DNA of 64,000 nt, taken from contig NC_042999.1 in the NCBI RefSeq assembly GCF_006345805.1, forward strand, positions 62,248,001 to 62,312,000, given 5' to 3'. Shown piece by piece: positions 51,755 through 64,000 of this stretch. A program made the position numbers and the translations under genes. The notes below the pieces were generated by a model that saw only the letters and a list, made by a program, of their open reading frames with translations, searched no databases and had not been told where the DNA came from. Numbering within the stretch: the stretch's first letter is position 1; every line of letters begins with the position of its first letter. The DNA comes from Octopus sinensis. Its lineage: Eukaryota.

Positions 51755-52112
51755 CTTACCAACCACATGGTTCCAGGTTCAGTCCCACTGCATGGCACCT
51801 TGGGCAAGTGTCTTCTACTATAGCCTCAGGCTGACCAAAGCCTCGTGAGTGGATTTGGTAGACGGAAACTGAAAGAAGCCCATCATATATATATGTGTGT
51901 GTGTGTGTGTATGTTTGTGTGTCTGTGTTTGTCTCCCCAACATCGCTTGACAACTGATGCTGGTGTGTTTACGTCCCCGTAACTTAGCAGTTTGGCAAAA
52001 GAGACCGATAGAATAAGTACTAGGCTTACAAAGAATAAGTCCTGGGGTTGATTTGCTCAACTAAAGGCGGTGTTCCAGCATGGCCACAGTCACATGACTG
52101 AAACAAATAAAG
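51755..52112 (+). mobile_element. tRNA-derived SINE (family of 31710-32120)
   Basis: Near full-length match. Confidence 0.85.
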
Positions 52113-52604
52113 AGTATGACTATCTGTATAAACATCAAAGACATGATGAGGAACTAAATAGTGGCTGCCAATGACTAAGAGTGGGAAGTTATGTACACTT
52201 TAGAGACATTGCAAATGATAGTCACAGCCAGTTGGTTTAAGTACCCTATTTTTTTTTTAATATTTGGTTCATTGCCAGAAGGTTATTTCAGTTATGAATC
52301 TGGTCATGAAAGGTGCTACTTTTGGAGGTTACAGATGTTACAGATATTCCATTCAATGGTAACAAGTGAATTATGTCACATCCATATTCTGTTCTGACTT
52401 GTAGATATGATTTTTGCAGCTCACGTAGAGATATTAAATCTTATCAAGGACATAATATTGTACAAAGTGATGGCAAAATACATGCTCCATGTACCCTGTT
52501 GTCATCAGAACATAGTTTGTCCTTCTTTTACCTGAAATCAGGGAAGTTAGTGAAACACACCAGCACTGGTTGTCAAGCAGTGATGAGAAGACAAACAAAG
52601 ACAC

Positions 52605-53105
52605 AGATCATCATCATCATCATCATCATCATTTAACGTCCGCTTTCCATGCTAGCATGGGTTGAACGATTTTGACTGAGGGCTGACGAACCAGATGGCC
52701 ACACCAGTCTCCAATCTTGATCTGGCAGAGTTTCTACAGCTGGATGCCCTTCCTAATGCCAACCACTCCGAGAGTGAGTGGGTGCTTTTTACGTGCCACC
52801 GGCACAGGGCCAGTCAGGCGATACTGGCAATGACCTTGCTCAAATCTTTTTACACATGCCACCGGCACAGGTGCCAATAATGCAACGTTGGTAACGATCA
52901 CGCACGAATGATGCTCTTTTACGTGCCACCGGCACGGAGCCAGTTGGCTGCTCTGGCAAGAGCAACCAATACATATGCTTGACAGCTTATTTCAGTTTCC
53001 GTCTACCAAATCCACTCACAAGGCTTTCATTAGCCTGAGGCTATAGGAGAAGGCACTTGCTCAAGGTGCCACACAGTGGAACTGAACCTGGAACTATGTG
53101 TTTGG
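52605..53105 (-). mobile_element. (GAT)n-tailed SINE followed by the 5' half of a CORE-like SINE
   Basis: 52605-52960 and 52980-53105 match the families above. Confidence 0.75.
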
Positions 53106-53417
53106 AGGAAGCAAGCTCTGCATTGCAAATTCAAAATTAGCTTTTTTTCGATTAAAATCATTTGTTGCTTTTCTTATTCATATTTTTTTTTATCCTGAAG
53201 ACGTAGGAAAGGGGTATCTGTAAAATGGTATTTGGTAGAAAGGAGATGATGAGCTACAAAAGGTTGAGAACAAATGGACTAAATGAAATTTAAGGTTATC
53301 TCAAATTGTTATTTTATAAATTATTCAACGATGGATAATTGCTTGTATCACAAAGTTATCTTTCTGGCTCAATTCTAATTGTCTAAACAGCACTATGCAT
53401 TATTAAACTTCCATAAA

Positions 53418-53745
53418 TTATGTATCAGTTTCAACATAGCAAATGGTAAAGTAATTGACCTTGAGATCCTAAAAGTCAATTTTATTTTTATCAAGTACAG
53501 TTATCTAGCAAACGTATTTATATTTAAATTATGCATCACTTTCAGCCGAACAGAGTAGTATCATGGCCTTGAGATCCTAAAGGTCACTTTTCTTTTTATC
53601 AAGGGCAGCTATTTAGCAAACATATATACCTTTCAATTATATATTACTTTCAACATAGCAGATCAAAGGTCATATCTATAAGAATTTAAAAGACAGTTTT
53701 CACTTTATCAAGTGTGGTTTTCTAATAATGCTGTAATATTTCTAA
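53418..53745. repeat. Diverged ~108-bp tandem repeat, about 3 units
   Basis: CCTTGAGATCCTAAA at 53459 and 53567; TTTATCAAG..TAGCAAAC and TTTCAACATAGCA recur at ~108-bp spacing. Confidence 0.65.
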
Positions 53746-54300
53746 TTAAGCACCAGAAGTCTTAATTTTTTTTATTTTTGTTTCAAAATCTGATTATACT
53801 TTCTTGTATGTATCTGAAATAAAGATACTAAAAGAATGGTTGGGAATTGATATTCAGAACAAGGCTTCATATTCAAGTCTTCAATGATAAATTTTAAGCT
53901 CTTTTTCCAGCTTGCATATAACACTGCCATCCTTCACTGGTCATTTTGTGCTTTTAAAGATCTATAGCATAAAATATCCTTTACTTGAAATGCATGTAAA
54001 GATCTATGACAACATCAAGCAGTAAAATTAAGCCTCAAAAAAAGTTCCCATCCAACACATGCTAGCATGGAAAAATGGGGATTAAACAAACATATAAATG
54101 TGTGTTTATGCATGTACACACACAAACACACACACACACACATATATATATTTTTCTATGCTTGGATGCTTTTTCTCTTATCAGCTCTCACTTGTTTCCA
54201 AGTAAGGTAATATTTTCCCTGGTCCTTTGTAGTAGATTGTAAATAAATAACACTGTTTTCAATCACTATGCAAATGTGAAGACTAGCAAGATAGTCCTCC

Positions 54301-54350
<50 letters not shown>

Positions 54351-55321
54351 CATTGTACTTATATACTTTATCATTGATTTCTCCGTCACTTACCAACTGC
54401 AATATTTTGCTGTTGTAATAAAATGAGGGAAGAGCTACATATTTTATCATTTGTTTTCTATGATACCAGTTATATTTCTCTAAACCTGGAACCATTTCGT
54501 TTTACTTCAATCTTTCATTCATACATTGTCCCTCTTCACTCACATTTTACATTGATCATTCCACTCTTCTGTGATACCATATTATCACTCGTCCCTCTCT
54601 ACTGAACTGCTTCATGTTGATTTGTGGATTTATGTATATCACCACACATTTCTCACTCTCTCCCCATGCATTACATCCATCTTTACAAACACATTCTTTC
54701 CACCTGTTTCCACTTACACTCACCCACATGCAACATACCCACCCACATGCCATTATCTCTCCATCATTAACTACATTCACATTTATTCCTTTCCAGTCCC
54801 TGGTCATCATCTATCACCTAGCTTCTATTCTACTCGTATTGCATCATAGACATCCCTCCCCTCAACCTTTGTTCATCATTCAGTATATTTGCACCCCTTA
54901 CCCTATTTCTTACCCATCCACTGTCTGTCCAGTCTTGCTACCTCTATCCAGTCTTTTTATCTCTATCCAGTCTTTTTATCTCTATCCAGTCTCCCTTTCT
55001 TGTTAACCTGCCCCCTAAGTCTACCCTCATACTTCATCATCACCATCTTAATTTCATTTTCCAGTTCCACAAGGATTACTTTCACCTACAGATATCTTAT
55101 GTGAGCAAAAATGTATCTTTTCTATAACAAGAAAACTTGCTCTGGACCCTCCTTTAATGCTCTCACATTTCATCAGCTAAGCGTGTAGCTGCTTTGTTCT
55201 TTGTTGTAGGCCAATGTAGCCAATAGGTCTTGCAAGTTACATCATGACCCTACTAGTGTTGTGTCACAAAAAAAAAAAAGTTAGAAAGAAACAACACCCG
55301 GTACATTCTGTAAATTGGTTA

Positions 55322-55383
55322 GCATCCAACTTAGAAGGGCATCCAACTTAGAAGGGCATCCAACTTAGAAGGGCATCCAACTT
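55322..55383 (+). repeat. 17-bp tandem repeat (GCATCCAACTTAGAAGG), ~3.6 copies, derived from the SINE core
   Basis: Direct repeat of the AAGGGCATCCA motif inside a decayed SINE. Confidence 0.85.
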
Positions 55384-55799
55384 CAGAAACCATGCCGGAA
55401 CAGACACTGGAGGAAGACACAGTCCTGTAACCCTTCAGATCCTGACAAACTATCAAACATATACTAGCATGGAAGATGTACATTAAAAGATGTTGTATGT
55501 ACATAAATATGTGAGTGCATGTGTGTGTGTGTGTGTGTGTGTGTGCATATATACATATACACCCACACCCACACTCGCTAATATCAACCAGTGAGAATGA
55601 GTGTTCAACATCACATTGGTGTTAATATTCTTTATTTGAGGTTTAATAAGGCTACCAATTGTTTCATATAAGAGAAATTTCTTAACAATTATCTAGCCTG
55701 CCACATGGAAGCGTTGGTACTCATCTCCATTTTGGATGGTATTCTCACACACATGCACATGCATATGCATACACACACACACACACATATGTATATATA

Positions 55800-56006
55800 T
55801 CTTTATATATATATAAAGGAATGGACGACAATCATTCGAATGATGCAGCATCAGTACTAGTTACATCATACTACATTTGTACTGCTCATATATATATATA
55901 TATATATATGATATGGATGTATTGTTGAGCAGTACAAATGTAGTATGATATAACTAGTACTGATGCTGCATCATACGAATGATTGTCGTCCATTCCTCCT
56001 CTCTAG
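55800..56006 (+). mobile_element. 207-bp foldback element with Helitron-like ends
   Basis: 72-bp inverted arms at 55817-55888 and 55926-55997 around a (TA)n loop. Outer ends are A|TCTTTATATATATATAAA and CTAG|T. Confidence 0.55.
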
Positions 56007-56574
56007 TGATAGTGGATAACTTCTGAGGCAACAGAGAAGCTTGTGGTGTCCCTAGAATATGGGGATATAATGGGCCTAACACAGACCAGTAGGGATAACC
56101 TTAGAAACAAAGAATTCAAACCTTACCATACCATGAATGTGAAGGAGAGGACTGCAGAAGCTAAACAGGTAAATAAAAAAAAAGGTGAATAGCCATTATA
56201 TGGGGTTGCTATAATGTAACAAAGAGAGATGGGAGGAGTTTGTGATTGGGTAAAAGATAGGATGGAAGAAAGTTTGGTCATGGGATTCAGTCAGAATCAG
56301 TTCTCTGATTCGCTCTATCTACGATATGCTTTGTGGTCCTGAAAACTTGAAGCATTGAAAAATAGGAGTGGACTGTGAAAATGTGGAAGCATCGGAGTGA
56401 TGAGACACATAGTCTCCAATTGCCCATGAGGTCTGAAGTGCAGATAAACTTAGTAACATAATCAACTACTTAACATATTGGCTGTTACAGTAGTGGAGAT
56501 TAATAACAGTAAAAAGCCATAAGGAGTGGAGCATAGGAAGTTTCTCAGGGAAGGTGAATGCAGCATGCCAGCCA

Positions 56575-58555
<1,981 letters not shown>

Positions 58556-60918
58556 ACTTTGATACTTTGATACTTTGATAGGTTTCGGCCATTATTGGCC
58601 CAGGCCATGTCTAACTTAATAGCACCACCTGGTGAAGTCTTTCAAGTCAGAATTTGGCACTATGGCCCACTCAAGTAGAGAGTTATTGTTTACAGAGACA
58701 TATCCGGGTGTAGGGGGTTTATCCGGATTTCTTGAAGGAATCTGTCCAAAGACTTCTTGAACCCTATAGGGTCGTTTCTGTTTTAATGTGTTTTGGTGTA
58801 ATGTTAAAGAGAGCGGGGCCAATTGAGGTGAAATAATTGTGCCGTATTGTTGTTATGATGATGAGAGTGCGATTTTTGTTTTGGGCGGATGGCACGGGGC
58901 CCAAGCCTTGGATGTACCTTAAAGGTGATGCCAACATCATTTGGGCAATGCTGATGGAATATTTTCCACATCATGCAGATGATGTAGCGCTCACGACGAC
59001 GTTGGAGAGAATAGAGTTTTAGCTTTTCTAGTCGACCCCAATAGTCGAGGCCTGTCATGCCATCTATCTTTTTTGTGATTGCCCTTTGAGGTGCTTCTTC
59101 GACTTTTATGATACCTTGTATTGTGTGGGGAGACCACAGTGGACAACAGTATTCAAGGTGGGGTCGGGCAAAAGTGAGAAGAGAGGATAATGGTGTGGGA
59201 TATCTCTCGACTGGAAAGTTCTGAGAATCCAGGAACACATTCTGCGGGCCATGTCAACTTTGGTGTTTATATGAGTGGCCCAGCTTACGTTGTTGTCCAC
59301 AATTACTCCCAAGTCTCTGATGTTGTTGGACGACGCCGCGAGAGTTTCACCTGAAGGAAGGGAGTATGGGAGTTTCAGGGCATCCTCTTTTCCAAAGTGG
59401 ATTAGCTTAAATTTATCCTCGTTCAGCAGCATATTGTTTTTTTCTGCCCATTGGATAACAGCCAGTAGATCTGACTGAAGGCATTCCGGTCACTCGCCTC
59501 ATTTATGACCTTCTGTAGCTTGGAGTCATCTGCAAAGATTTTTATGTTGCTGTGCTTGATGATGTCATTAATGTCATTAATGTAAATGATGAAAAGAAGT
59601 GGGCCCAGCACAGTGCCTTGCGGAACGCCACTACTGACTTTGGCTGGGCTTGATTTTACCCCTTCAACTACAACATGTTGAGATCTGTCTGTCAGGAAAC
59701 TTAATCCATTTCAGTAACTTTCCAGAGACACCAATGTTGGATAGTTTTTTCAATAGGATCTTGTGATCGACCCTGTCGAAGGCCTTACTGAAATCAAGGT
59801 AGATGACATCGGTGTTGGAGCCCTCTCCCAAAGCTCTCAAAATGTCCCAAAGTGATGCAGGAGCTGCGTTAGGCAGTCCCTTCCATTACGGAACCCATGT
59901 TGGTTGGAGATCACCGTCTGTTGCTTTCCAGAAATTGGGTTATTTGAGATCTCACCACCCTCTCAAATACCTTGATGATATGAGAGGTGAGTGAGATCGG
60001 ACGGTAATTCACTGCAAGGGACTTGTTTCCCTTTTTGAAAACTGGGACAACAGACTGGGACAGAAGGTTTTTGGAATATAGCCAGCATCCAGTGAGTTTC
60101 TCCACAGATTAGCAAGGGGAGATGCAAGTTGGTTCGACACACCTTCAGGACACAAGCAGGGAACCTATCGGGGCCTACTGCTGAATTGTGTTTTATTTCG
60201 TTTATCGCCGCTAAGACATCAGGGGCACTAAACGTTATGTCCGATATAGTGTGTTGGGGGTTGACATCACTGATACAGCCCCAGCCCGATCGGTCATATC
60301 AGGATTGCTGAAAACAGAGCAGTATTGTTTCTGCAGTTATCTCGGCCATGGATTTGGCATTATCTTGGAGAGTGCCAGTTTCGTCAATTAGAGGGCCTAC
60401 AGTGGAGACAGTGACCCTGCGTTTCCTCGCAAATGAAAAGAACACTTTGGGGTTGAGTTTGATTTTTCAATGGCCCACTTCTCCTCAGCTGATCTTGGTT
60501 ATTGATGAGGGACTTCATGCATTGTTGGAGGTTATATTTTTTGGATTCAAGCAGTGCGATAGCCGTTGAATGTGTGTGTTGCTGTTGGCAGTACTTTAGT
60601 TTGTTAATTTTTTTGTTTGTTCTTTTTATTTTTCTGATAATGGTTTTTTCTGTTTTGGGGATTCGGCACTTTTTGTTCACAGGTCTTGTGGGGAGTGTTT
60701 TTGCACATATGTCTGTGACGGTGTCTACAAAGATCTGCCAAGATGTTTTATGGTTGGTGGAGATGTGTGTATGTGTAAGGACCAGTCAACATTGATAGCT
60801 CGTTCCTGATTGCATCCCAGTTGGCTTTATGGAGATCCATTTTGTCAAATGGTGGGGGCTGGAGGAAGGTCACTAGGATTAGCTTTCGGCTGGTGGAATT
60901 TCATGTTACAGAGAACCA
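58556..60918 (-). mobile_element. CR1-like LINE ORF2 fragment (end of endonuclease, linker, RT, 3' end)
   Basis: DLHKANWDAIRNEL, NYRPISLTSHIIKVFER, YLDFSKAFDRVDH, GVPQGTVLGPLLF, IFADDSKL and HLEYCCPLWSP, frameshifted. 3' tail is (ATCAAAGT)x3. Confidence 0.92.
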
Positions 60919-60919
60919 T

Positions 60920-61149
60920 GTCATATATATATATGTATGTATATATAATATATATATGTATGATATATATATATACCATGTCATATATATATATGTATGT
61001 ATATATATATATATGTATGATATATATATATATATATGTATGTATATATATATAGGTATGTATATATATTATATATTGTATGTATATATATATATATGTA
61101 TGTATGTATATATATATAATATGTATGTATAATATATATGTATGTATAC

Positions 61150-61182
<33 letters not shown>

Positions 61183-61323
61183 TATGTCTGTATATATATA
61201 TATGTATGTATATATATATATATATATGTATGTATAATAAATGTATGTATATGTATGTATATATAAATGTATGAATATGCATGTATATGTATATATAAAT
61301 GTATGTATATGTATGTATATATG

Positions 61324-61400
<77 letters not shown>
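60920..61400. repeat. (TA)n/(TATG)n microsatellite
   Basis: Direct low-complexity sequence. Confidence 0.95.
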
Positions 61401-62247
61401 CAGGCCCTGCGCTACCAGCATCCAAAACTGAATTTTAAACTTACAGGATACACCGGTCCACAGGGAAGTTCAATCCCAGAGCCTAAGTCTGTGAGGGACC
61501 TGGGAATCTTCATGAGTGATGATACCTCTTTCCAAGTGCACATTACCAGGATGGCGACAAAGTGCAGACAACTAGCTGGGTGGATTCTAAGAACATTCAG
61601 AACTAGAGATAAGGAAACCATGATGGTCCTCTGGCGGACATTCGTCCTCAGCCGCCTGGATTACTGCTCTCAGCTATGGTCACCCACCAGTGTAAAATTG
61701 ACAGCGGACCTTGAAGCAATCCAGAGAAGATTCACAAAGAAGATTGTCTCTTTGCAACAGCTCAGCTACTGGGAAAGGTTGAAACAGCTAAGACTCTACT
61801 CCCTGGAGAGGTATGCAGTAATATATGTCTGGAAGATCCTGGAAGGAATTGTGCCAAATTTTGGCATTGTAAGCTACACCAATGCTAGAACGGGACGACA
61901 CTGCATAGTGCCAAAGATCCCTACAATGCCATCACGTTTCAGGACCAGCTTCTGCAACAGCCTGGGTTTCAAGGGCCCACAGCTTTTTAATATTCTCCCA
62001 AAGAGTCTGAGGAACTTGCAGAAAGTAGATGTAGCGGTTTTTAAATCAAAGCTGGATATCTTCCTGTTGAGAGTCCCAGATGAACCTACTTCACGGCAAG
62101 AGGTGCAAATGAGAGTAGCTATATCAAACTCCATTCTTCACCAAGTGCCACATATTAGACGAGGATCCTCGTAATAACAGTGTAGCACAAAACGGCGGTG
62201 CATCAGCATGGCCACAGCTCTGAGCTGAAACTAGAAAGAAAAAAAAA
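61401..62247 (+). mobile_element. 5'-truncated CR1-like LINE (RT C-terminal half to 3' end)
   Basis: Open frame [53 protein letters not shown]; near-identical to 25380-25720 and 27203-27401 where they overlap. Confidence 0.92.
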
Positions 62248-62267
62248 TACATGTATATGTATGTGTG

Positions 62268-62316
<49 letters not shown>

Positions 62317-62714
62317 ATGTGTGCATATATATATATATATATATATGTGTATATATATATGTATATGCATGTGTATATATATGTGTATATATATATATGT
62401 ATATGCATGTGTATATATATGTATTTATATATATATGTGTATGTATATATGTGTATGTATATATGTATGTATATGTATGTGTGTATATATATACATATAT
62501 ATGTATATATATATGTATGTATATGTATGTGTGTATATATACATATATGTGTATATATATATATATATGTATGTATATGTATGTGTGTATATATATATAT
62601 ATATGTATATTTATATATATGTATATGCATGTGTATATATATGTATGTATTTATATGTATGTATATATATGTATGTATGTATATGTATATATGTGTATGT
62701 ATATATATATGTAT
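62248..62714. repeat. (TA)/(TG) microsatellite between two converging LINE 3' ends
   Basis: Direct low-complexity sequence. Confidence 0.95.
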
Positions 62715-64000
62715 AAATCCTTAAATCCTGAAAAATGTTTTAGCCTGAAGGCCGCGGCCATGCTGGGGCACCACCGCTGAATGAGCTACACTAATATGTG
62801 AATCCACCTCTGATACGTGGCACTTGATCAACAAGGGAGTTCGATGCTGCTGCCCGCATCTGCGTCTCCTGTCGTGAGGTAGGTTCATCTGGGACTCCCA
62901 ACAAGAAGAGATCCAGTTTAGTCTTAAAGAAACCCACATCCACACCATGTAAGTCTCTCAGGCATTTAGGGAGGATGTTAAAGAGCTGTGGTCCTCTGAA
63001 ACCCAAGCCGTTGCAGTATCTGTACCTGTATTTTGATGGTGATGTTAGAATATTTGGCACCATGCAGTGGCGCCTCGTTCTGCGGTTGGGGTAACTTTGA
63101 ATGCCAAAGTTTGGGACAAGATCCTCCAGGATTTTCCAGATGTATATCTCCGCATATCTCTCCTGCCTCCGCTCTAGGGAGAAGAGGTTTAATACTTTCA
63201 GTCTTTTCCAGTAGCTGATATTTTGCATTGAGACGATTTTCTTTGTGTAGCTTCTCTGAATTGCTTCGAGTTCTGCTGTTAGTTTTATATTGTGTGGTGA
63301 CCAAAGTTGGGAGCAGTAGTCCAAGCGGCTGAGGACGAATGTTTTCCATAGGACCATCAGTGTCTCCTTCTCTCTTGTTCTGAAAGTTCGGAGAATCCAT
63401 CCAGCTAGCTAATTTCCATTAGCATTCTCTCGAGCTGAGACTTCTCACCACTTTTGGTGTGCTTGCTCAGGCGGTTCGCAATCCTTGTCCGTCGTCTCAT
63501 AAGAATCTTCCTTTCTCTAGGGATCCTGTTTTTGTGTGTGCTGGCCCTGCACACTGGGATATATTTGTCACATATCCGTCTGCATTTTATCACCAGATTA
63601 GTAATATGCACTTGGCAAGGTGCATCATTGCTCATGTCAATGCCCAGGTCACGCACTGATTTTGACTCAGGGATTGCAATTCTTCCTGGGCCAGTGTATC
63701 CAGTGTGCCGGTAGCGCAGGGCCTGGAACTTACCTGCATTAAACTGCATATTGTTGTCCTCAGCCCACCTGTATATTGTGTCCAACTCCTGTTGCAGATG
63801 CGCAATATTTTCAGGGTTTTGTATTGTGTGGGAGACTTTTGTGTCATCTGCATAGCTAGCAAGGGTGGCCATCGTAGCAACTGAAGGCATGTCTGAAAGG
63901 GCCACAATGAACAGCAGTGGCCCCAAGACAGTGCCCTGTGGGACACCGCTTCTTATTTGTGTTTCATTGGAGGTGGCTCCATTGCTCACAACTGCCTGTC
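62715..64000 (-). mobile_element. CR1-like LINE fragment with an internal ~168-bp insertion; runs off the window end
   Basis: GVPQGTVLGPLLF and YADDTKV, then KCRR|insert|LAGWILRTF..RLDYCSQLWSP..FRGPQLFN..VPDEP. Tail is (AGGATTT)n. Confidence 0.92.

Noticed and set aside
61299-62174. 291-aa ORF as an intact gene
   Set aside because: The ATG comes from the TA microsatellite and the rest is the C-terminal part of a 5'-truncated LINE ORF2 lacking the catalytic YADD region.

Overview
This is AT-rich eukaryotic DNA dominated by repeats, with one 100-N assembly gap at 23617-23716. The SINE and LINE families present suggest an octopus-like cephalopod; that is an inference from recalled repeat families, not a search. 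I found no host protein-coding gene I can support. Almost all ORFs in the track are translations of (TA)n/(CA)n/(TATG)n microsatellites or of decayed transposons. The identifiable content is CR1-like and RTE LINE fragments, several tRNA-derived SINE families, a deleted DD37D (maT-type) Tc1/mariner element, non-autonomous Helitrons, several foldback hairpins and a 958-bp tandem duplication. The most interesting locus is 6744-7741. It is an array of a non-coding, hairpin-rich ~357-nt unit carrying three type-I hammerhead ribozyme folds. Their core has the compensatory U3:A8 change (UUGAUAA instead of CUGAUGA) and a near-palindromic stem III. Two folds lie in tandem on the + strand and one is inverted, the architecture expected of a Penelope-type terminal repeat or a non-LTR retrozyme able to release a 357-nt, potentially circular RNA. 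A second terminally redundant ~363-nt structured element and a decayed hammerhead-like core in a hairpin at ~43.05 kb are also present.
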